64,000 nt of DNA from Candidatus Methanomethylophilaceae archaeon (GTDB taxonomy: Archaea; Thermoplasmatota; Thermoplasmata; Methanomassiliicoccales; Methanomethylophilaceae). This document shows positions 56,873 to 64,000 of the stretch, piece after piece; the stretch's first letter is position 1; each line of letters starts with the position of its first letter. Location: the NCBI GenBank assembly GCA_050950505.1, contig JBMNHS010000001.1, positions 640,001-704,000 of the forward strand. Reading direction: 5' to 3'. A model generated the notes under the pieces. That model did not search any database and was not told the DNA's origin. It worked only from the letters and a program-made list of their open reading frames with translations. The position numbers and the translations under genes are program-made.

Positions 56873-57337
56873 TTATTTGAGGTGTATGTGGTTACGGTAT
56901 TAAACTTTTGGATGTTCGATCGCTTCCGTGCAGAAGTACATATACCATGAGATTCATTATTATTTATTCGAAAATACATCAATTGTGTTCTCGAATATCA
57001 CGGATGAGTAGTATTTTATATGAATTCGTGATTGTACAATTCCCTGTGACATGTGGGGTACGGCGGCATCAAAACCGTTATATACTCCACAGCGTTACGA
57101 GGAGTTGCGAGAAAGAACCCGACGTGTATCCACGTCTGTTTTTCTTCGCAAATATGGAGAGTCAAGATCCCCGCCTCCGTGCGTGATCTCTTGAACTCTG
57201 ACGTTCGATGCTACGAATGTTCTGTTAGACGGAACATTCGATTGAGTGTGCCGTTTGACAGGACAGCGGTGAAACATGGTAAAACTGCCAGTTTCTTTTC
57301 ATCCATCCAAGACGATACAATATGTCATTAGGATTTG

Positions 57338-58807
<1,470 letters not shown>

Positions 58808-58811
58808 AAGC

Positions 58812-58834
58812 AGGGTGGGGTTTTACCCCACCCT
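58812..58834 (+). terminator. Perfect hairpin immediately after the 16S 3' end
   Basis: AGGGTGGGGT-TTT-ACCCCACCCT. Confidence 0.65.
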
Positions 58835-59157
58835 CAACCAAAACTATGTGTGTATCAAAACGAAAATAAAGCAAGGAAATCAATGATTTCCCGCGATTCC
58901 TCGGCAGCTTTACCATGCACTAAACGTAGCATCGAACGTCCATCCATTCTTTTTTTTCTATACTGTCTGTATAACTTTCAGTATCTTCAGAAAGTCGAAT
59001 ACGTCATGAGATTAGGTGAAAACTGCGAAATGCAAATCATGATTCGATTGCATTTTCCGTTCAGAATATAAAAGTGTAAAAAGTTTGGTTCGGAGATCCT
59101 TTCCGGCTGACGCAATTCCCCGGGGCTCTCCATTCGGTGCTCCGTTTGATTCGAAAC

Positions 59158-60348
59158 TCACCCCAGCAAAGCCTTGACGATTTCTTCGGCGGATCCGAGA
59201 TCTTCGGCACTGGGTTTCCACATGGAACGGATTCCTGTGTCGGTAACTTGGAACCCTGCATCCGCAAGCTCCTTTTTCAGTATATCGACACTCTCGCCGC
59301 TCCACCCGTAGCATCCGAACGCAGCCGCCCTTTTGTTCTTGAACTTCAGGGATTTCATGAATCTTATCGCGGTGCTCACGCCCATCATTATGTCGCGGCT
59401 GATTGTCGGGGATCCGACGGCAATCGCTTTGGATCTGAACACTTCCGTCATCATTTCGCTCATGTCCGATTTGGAACAGTTGAACATTCTTACCATGGTG
59501 TTCGGACTGACTTCGGATGTGACTCTGGATATTTCCTGGGCTATGGCGGCGGTGCCTTCCCACATGGTATCATACAGAATCGTGAGCTGATCTTCCTGGT
59601 AATTGTCTGCCCATTCCACATACTTCTCGATAATCTGCATGGGTTTGTCCCTCCAGATGACTCCGTGACTTGTGGCAATCAAATCTATCGGAATGTTCAG
59701 CGCTTTGATCTCAGCAATCTTCTTGGTTACCAAAGCGGAGAACGGTGACAGAATATTGGCGTAATATTTCATTGCCTCATATTCGAGCTTGCACTGATCT
59801 GCGGTGTCGTTGAACAATCCGCCCACGGCATAGTGCTGTCCGAAGGCATCGTTGGAGAACAGGATGTTGTCCCCCGTCAGATAAGTGGCCATACTGTCCG
59901 GCCAGTGAAGCATCGTCATCTCAACGAAAATCAATTTCTTTCCGTTTCCCACATCCACGGAATCTCCGGTCTTCACAACTCTGAAATCCCAGTTGTTTCT
60001 GCCATACTGTCCCTCTATGCTTTTTACGGCGTTGGCGGTACAGTAAATCGGGGTTTCCGGAATCTCTTTCATAAGGGCGGGAAGGGCGCCGGAGTGGTCC
60101 GCTTCACCATGATTCATGATTATGAAATCAATGTTTTCCAACCCCACTTCTTTCTTCAGATTATCGACGAACCCGTCGCCGTGAGGCGTCCATACAGTGT
60201 CTATCAACACAGTCTTTTCTTCTTCGATGAGATATGCGTTTTGACTTGAACCATCAGTGATGGTGTAGTCTTCGCCGTGGAATTTTTTAAGTTCCCAGTC
60301 CAGGTAGCCTACCCAGCTGACATTGTTTTTGATTGTACGTTTCATCAT
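59158..60348 (-). CDS. fprA: Flavodiiron protein FprA (MBL + flavodoxin)
   Basis: NHGEADHSG, LHWPDSM, FSNDAFGQH, SHG.IW, TMWEGT, GSPT, FGCYGWSGE. Confidence 0.95.
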   Translation of the reverse strand: MMKRTIKNNVSWVGYLDWELKKFHGEDYTITDGSSQNAYLIEEEKTVLIDTVWTPHGDGFVDNLKKEVGLENIDFIIMNHGEADHSGALPALMKEIPETPIYCTANAVKSIEGQYGRNNWDFRVVKTGDSVDVGNGKKLIFVEMTMLHWPDSMATYLTGDNILFSNDAFGQHYAVGGLFNDTADQCKLEYEAMKYYANILSPFSALVTKKIAEIKALNIPIDLIATSHGVIWRDKPMQIIEKYVEWADNYQEDQLTILYDTMWEGTAAIAQEISRVTSEVSPNTMVRMFNCSKSDMSEMMTEVFRSKAIAVGSPTISRDIMMGVSTAIRFMKSLKFKNKRAAAFGCYGWSGESVDILKKELADAGFQVTDTGIRSMWKPSAEDLGSAEEIVKALLG

Positions 60349-60507
60349 AATTCCTCTGATTCCGCAATCGGACTAGGATATTAAAATACGGTGCGTCAGG
60401 ATTATAACCCCCGGACGAAAATTCCATGAATGTATCGGATTCCGACGTTCGTCTTTACAATCCCCGTTATTAACAGAATATATCTATTTTCAGAACATCC
60501 CCCGGGT

Positions 60508-61062
60508 ATGGACGTCAGAATCAAATCGGCAGTACCGGGAGCGATTCTTTGGATGGTGTTCATAGTGCCCGCCGCGTACATGATTCATGTATCCGACTTC
60601 AGCGGAACCGAATCCTTTCTCGTGTTGTTGTTTGCCGCTTTCTCGGGAACCATAGCCACGGAGGGATATCACGAAATCGCGGGCCACCGGCCTTTGGGAA
60701 CACTCAAAGAATTCTCGGCCATGACCCGTGAAGAACTTTCCATGTTCAACGGACACAGAATATCTCTGTTCAACGGGATTCTCCACCTGATTTCCGCCGT
60801 GATTGTAAGTGCTCCGACTTATCTGCGGGCGTATTTGTACGAAGATTACATTCTGGTTATTTTCTTCAGTCTGCTGATACCCATGGCTGTCATGTTGGCC
60901 GTCGGCAGTTATTTGGTCAATTACGGCAGACTGTTCAAAACGCCAGATGGACGAAAGGCGGGCAGACTCAGAGACCCGGGAGCCGCCGCCAGAACCACGT
61001 TTTCATTGTTGATCGCGATAGGGGCATGTTACGGATTGGCGACCTTGTTTTCAATAGTATGA
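60508..61062 (+). CDS. Hypothetical membrane protein (alternative start 60430)
   Basis: About 5 hydrophobic segments; fills the gap between fprA and tRNA-Gln. Confidence 0.65.
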   Translation: MDVRIKSAVPGAILWMVFIVPAAYMIHVSDFSGTESFLVLLFAAFSGTIATEGYHEIAGHRPLGTLKEFSAMTREELSMFNGHRISLFNGILHLISAVIVSAPTYLRAYLYEDYILVIFFSLLIPMAVMLAVGSYLVNYGRLFKTPDGRKAGRLRDPGAAARTTFSLLIAIGACYGLATLFSIV

Positions 61063-61118
61063 AGAAGCTTCCGAAATGAAATTCCGTCCCGATTCGACGG
61101 AATACAAGAGTGTGATTA

Positions 61119-61194
61119 TGGTAGTCCTGCCCGGGTTCGAACCGGGGTCGCTGGCTCCAAAGGCCAACATGATTGACCACTACACTACAGGACT
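61119..61194 (-). tRNA. tRNA-Gln(TTG), CCA encoded
   Basis: AGTCCTG/CAGGACT acceptor (A1-U72), TTGGC-CT-TTG-GA-GCCAG, GGTTCGAACCC. Confidence 0.96.
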
Positions 61195-61212
61195 TTGAAT
61201 GAGTTATCGGTT

Positions 61213-62451
61213 TCAGTTATTTAACGTTCTTCCGACAAAATATGTGGACGAACAACCTGTGATTTCCACGTCCAGGAATTTTCCCAACGGAAGGTCTTCC
61301 ATAATGCCCACGGGTCTGTAATTGTCCGTTCTGGCTATGACGGTTCCCGGTTTGCCCTTTTCAGTGACAAGAACCCTAACGGTTTTTCCGATCATCGCTT
61401 CGTTGTTCGCCAGTTCGATTTCGCTTCTGACGTCGGTGAGTTCGGTCGACCGTTCCTTCAGAATCCTGCCGTTGATCGGTTTCATTTTCGCGGCCTTTGT
61501 GCCGGGACGCGAAGAGAAACGTGTGATGTTAACAGTATCCGCTTTCAGTCTTCTGAGCAGGTCAACACTCATCCGGTGATCTTCATCAGTTTCTCCGGGA
61601 AATCCCGCAATCATATCCGTCGCAATGCTCATATCGGGATATCTGGCTCTGATCAAATCGACGAGAGCGAAAAACTCCTCCACGGAATACATCCGCTTCA
61701 TGCCATCAAGGATTCGGTTGCTGCCGCTCTGTACGGGAATATGTATGAACCTGTATAGACGCGGGTCTTTGAAAACATCAAGCAACTCATCCGCTATGGG
61801 CATCAACCAGTCGGGATTCATCATACCGATCCGTATTCGGTAATCTCCCGGAGTTTTCAGCATCAGGCGCAGAAGTTCGGGCAAACCTAAACCCGTGTCT
61901 CTGCCGTAGCAGGCGGTATCCTGCGCTGTAATCAATATTTCCTTGGCTCCCCCCGCAATCCTTTTGCGGAATTCCGCCAAAAGTTCGTCGACGGGATAAC
62001 TGATCAGTTTTCCCCTGGCGAATCTGGTTATGCAATACGAACATGCTCCGAGACAGCCTTGTGCGATGGGAATGATGGCCGAAGTGCTCGTATCTTTGTG
62101 GTCCAAAGGATTCCAGCATCCGTATTTCGTTCCGACTCTGTCGGAGAATTCCGAATAGTTCTGAGGAGATATGATAAGGGAATCGGGAAGTCTGACGGAA
62201 ATTCTTCCGGGCTGAACTTCGGCCATGCACCCGGTCACTATGACCTCTTTGCCCATGCTCCGAAGATCGGTCATCCGTTTGACCATCTTCTTTTCGGTGG
62301 TATCAACCACGGTGCAGGTGTTGAGTATGACGATGTCCGCATCTTCGACCGAAGAGGTTTCTTCGTAACCCATGCCCGTCATCCTTTCGGCGAGTTGTTC
62401 ACCCTCGCCGTAGTTCATGGTGCAGCCGTATGATTCTACGAAATATCTCAT
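61213..62451 (-). CDS. mtaB: tRNA t6A37 methylthiotransferase (MiaB-like radical SAM, archaeal e-MtaB)
   Basis: ESYGCTMN, NTCTV, TGCMA, CLGACSYC, PVQSGS, GFPGET, C-terminal TRAM. Confidence 0.92.
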   Translation of the reverse strand: MRYFVESYGCTMNYGEGEQLAERMTGMGYEETSSVEDADIVILNTCTVVDTTEKKMVKRMTDLRSMGKEVIVTGCMAEVQPGRISVRLPDSLIISPQNYSEFSDRVGTKYGCWNPLDHKDTSTSAIIPIAQGCLGACSYCITRFARGKLISYPVDELLAEFRKRIAGGAKEILITAQDTACYGRDTGLGLPELLRLMLKTPGDYRIRIGMMNPDWLMPIADELLDVFKDPRLYRFIHIPVQSGSNRILDGMKRMYSVEEFFALVDLIRARYPDMSIATDMIAGFPGETDEDHRMSVDLLRRLKADTVNITRFSSRPGTKAAKMKPINGRILKERSTELTDVRSEIELANNEAMIGKTVRVLVTEKGKPGTVIARTDNYRPVGIMEDLPLGKFLDVEITGCSSTYFVGRTLNN

Positions 62452-62460
62452 ATGAAACGT

Positions 62461-63093
62461 TTAACGGGTCGCGGCTTCGTTGGTCACCTGACCGAACGCA
62501 GTTTTGTTCGAAATGTTTGTGATTTTGACACGCGCACGCGCGCCTTTGGCGGTGCCCGGCACGATAACGATCATGTCATCATGTTTGCCGATTCCGTCAC
62601 CCTTCTTTCCCACATCATTGATGACAATTTCGATAATGTCCCCGGCCTTGAGTTCGGCGGGGCCCGCTCTGACGGTCTTGCGCACGGAGATGGGTCTGCT
62701 GGCACCGCAGGCTTCACACTCGAGAAGTATGGTTCTGTCGTGTTTCACGAGCTTGGTGTCGGGACGGGAACATTCGGCACAGATCACATAGGTGTCTGTG
62801 TATTGCTGGAGTCTTTCGTTGAGAACGTTCATGGATATTTTCGCTTTGAAAATAGCCCGTCTGTTGTCAATTTCGCCGGGAGTTCCCAATTCTCTCAAGA
62901 GGAAGTGGAGCAGATGCTGAGGTTCCCTGCGGACCCTGTCTGCGATGTCCATAAAATTCCTGAGGATGGTGGTCTTACCTTCCTGCATGATATCCAGTTC
63001 CGGAAGTTCGAATCTCTCGTGAGCTTCTATCGTTTCCGGAAGATTCAGTTTGGCTCTGTTGAGCAATGCCATGTAATCTTCATCATTCCCCAT
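62461..63093 (-). CDS. eif2b: Translation initiation factor aIF2 beta with C-terminal TRAM domain
   Basis: DY.ALL.RA...LPE, ERFE.P, RELGT, YVIC.EC.RPDT, CEACGA; DVGKKGDGI TRAM. Confidence 0.95.
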   Translation of the reverse strand: MGNDEDYMALLNRAKLNLPETIEAHERFELPELDIMQEGKTTILRNFMDIADRVRREPQHLLHFLLRELGTPGEIDNRRAIFKAKISMNVLNERLQQYTDTYVICAECSRPDTKLVKHDRTILLECEACGASRPISVRKTVRAGPAELKAGDIIEIVINDVGKKGDGIGKHDDMIVIVPGTAKGARARVKITNISNKTAFGQVTNEAATR

Positions 63094-63382
63094 AGTATCT
63101 CCGATTCAGGCTAGGCAGAAGAGGATTTAAACGTTATGCATTCATACACGGTCACGGAAAATGGATTTCCGCCACGGCAAATATGAAACGCATATGCCGG
63201 AAATGCGGGCTTTTTTTATACAGACAGACTGAAGCGGCCATATTATGTATGCGGCCGTCACGTCGTAAAAGGTCTTATATAGAGGGTTATAATAGCAATG
63301 TTCTACGCATGACCCGTGTTATACGTGGTCTTTAAATACACAATCATATCGTGTGATAAAAAATTCAATGAGGTGAAGAAAT

Positions 63383-63811
63383 TTGGGAAATGGTCTAAAC
63401 ACCGCAAGAAAAATGAGAGTCGACAGGCAGAGGACCCGTTGGCTCGACAGAGGATACAAAAAGAGAGTGCTCAAGCTCAGGGAGAAATCGGATCCTTTGG
63501 AGGGATCCTCCCAGGCAAAGGGCATCGTGCTGGAGAAAGTCGGTATTGAAGCAAAGCAGCCCAACTCCGCCATACGCAAGTGCGTCAAGGTCCAGCTCAT
63601 AAAGAACGGACGTCAGGTCACCGCTTTTGCCGTCGGAGACGGCGCAATCAACTTCATCGACGAACATGATGAAGTTCTGATCGAAGGTATCGGCGGAAGG
63701 ATGGGTCGTTCTTACGGAGATATCCCCGGTGTCCGTTTCAAAGTAATCAAGGTTAACGATGTCTCCCTTGACGAGATGGTCAGGGGCAGAGCTGACAAGC
63801 CTGTGAGGTGA
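63383..63811 (+). CDS. rps12: 30S ribosomal protein S12 (uS12), TTG start
   Basis: [36 protein letters not shown]; GAGGTG RBS. Confidence 0.98.
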   Translation: MGNGLNTARKMRVDRQRTRWLDRGYKKRVLKLREKSDPLEGSSQAKGIVLEKVGIEAKQPNSAIRKCVKVQLIKNGRQVTAFAVGDGAINFIDEHDEVLIEGIGGRMGRSYGDIPGVRFKVIKVNDVSLDEMVRGRADKPVR

Positions 63812-63816
63812 TTTTG

Positions 63817-64000
63817 ATGACAGGTGAAGAGAACACAGAAATTAAAGAAACGGTCGAAACGACCGAAGAGGCACCCGTAATGCCAAAACCCCTCATGTTC
63901 GGAAAATACGATTCTTCCGAGGTTGTGGTGGAGGACGTCGGTCTGGCAAAATATATGGACCTTACACCCACGAACATTCCCCATTCCGGGGGAAAACATG
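63817..64000 (+). CDS. rps7: 30S ribosomal protein S7 (uS7), 3'-truncated by window edge
   Basis: MTGEE...LMFGKYDSSEVVVEDVGLAKYMDL.P..IPHSGGKH; follows rps12. Confidence 0.92.
   Translation, partial: MTGEENTEIKETVETTEEAPVMPKPLMFGKYDSSEVVVEDVGLAKYMDLTPTNIPHSGGKH

Overview
Archaeal chromosomal window, almost certainly from a Methanomassiliicoccales (Thermoplasmata) methanogen. Support: an archaeal stand-alone 16S rRNA gene, the hdrA-mvhDGA cluster, and no TAG stop in any of about 50 credible genes, as expected for a pyrrolysine-using lineage. Most of the window is housekeeping: the rpl44e-rps27e-aIF2a-nop10-PAC2 operon, the exosome/proteasome superoperon, tyrS, copZA, srp19, rps8e, fprA, mtaB, aIF2b, rps12/rps7 and three tRNAs (Tyr with intron, Ser, Gln). 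The standout is a 15.2-kb gene (5691-20852, 5053 aa) beside tRNA-Tyr. It encodes a secreted adhesin-like protein with 8+ near-identical 417-bp repeats and no C-terminal membrane anchor. It ends in a Gly/Ser linker followed by a Hedgehog-type (Hog-like, not intein-like) Hint domain whose Cys1, Asp46 and His72 sit at the same spacing as in the Hedgehog autoprocessing domain, followed by an about 88-aa tail. This suggests a possible Hedgehog-like self-cleavage and lipid (or other hydroxyl acceptor) anchoring system for an archaeal surface protein; this is inference and untested. Other notable items are a membrane-anchored RING-like zinc-finger gene coupled to the proteasome superoperon, an HRDC-fused DUF4011/SF1-helicase/nuclease (Hhe-like), an operator palindrome and a structured RNA candidate upstream of a DUF134 operon, and a 1-kb cluster of single-base insertions that is probably sequencing error. 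All family assignments come from motif recognition by eye; no database searches were run.
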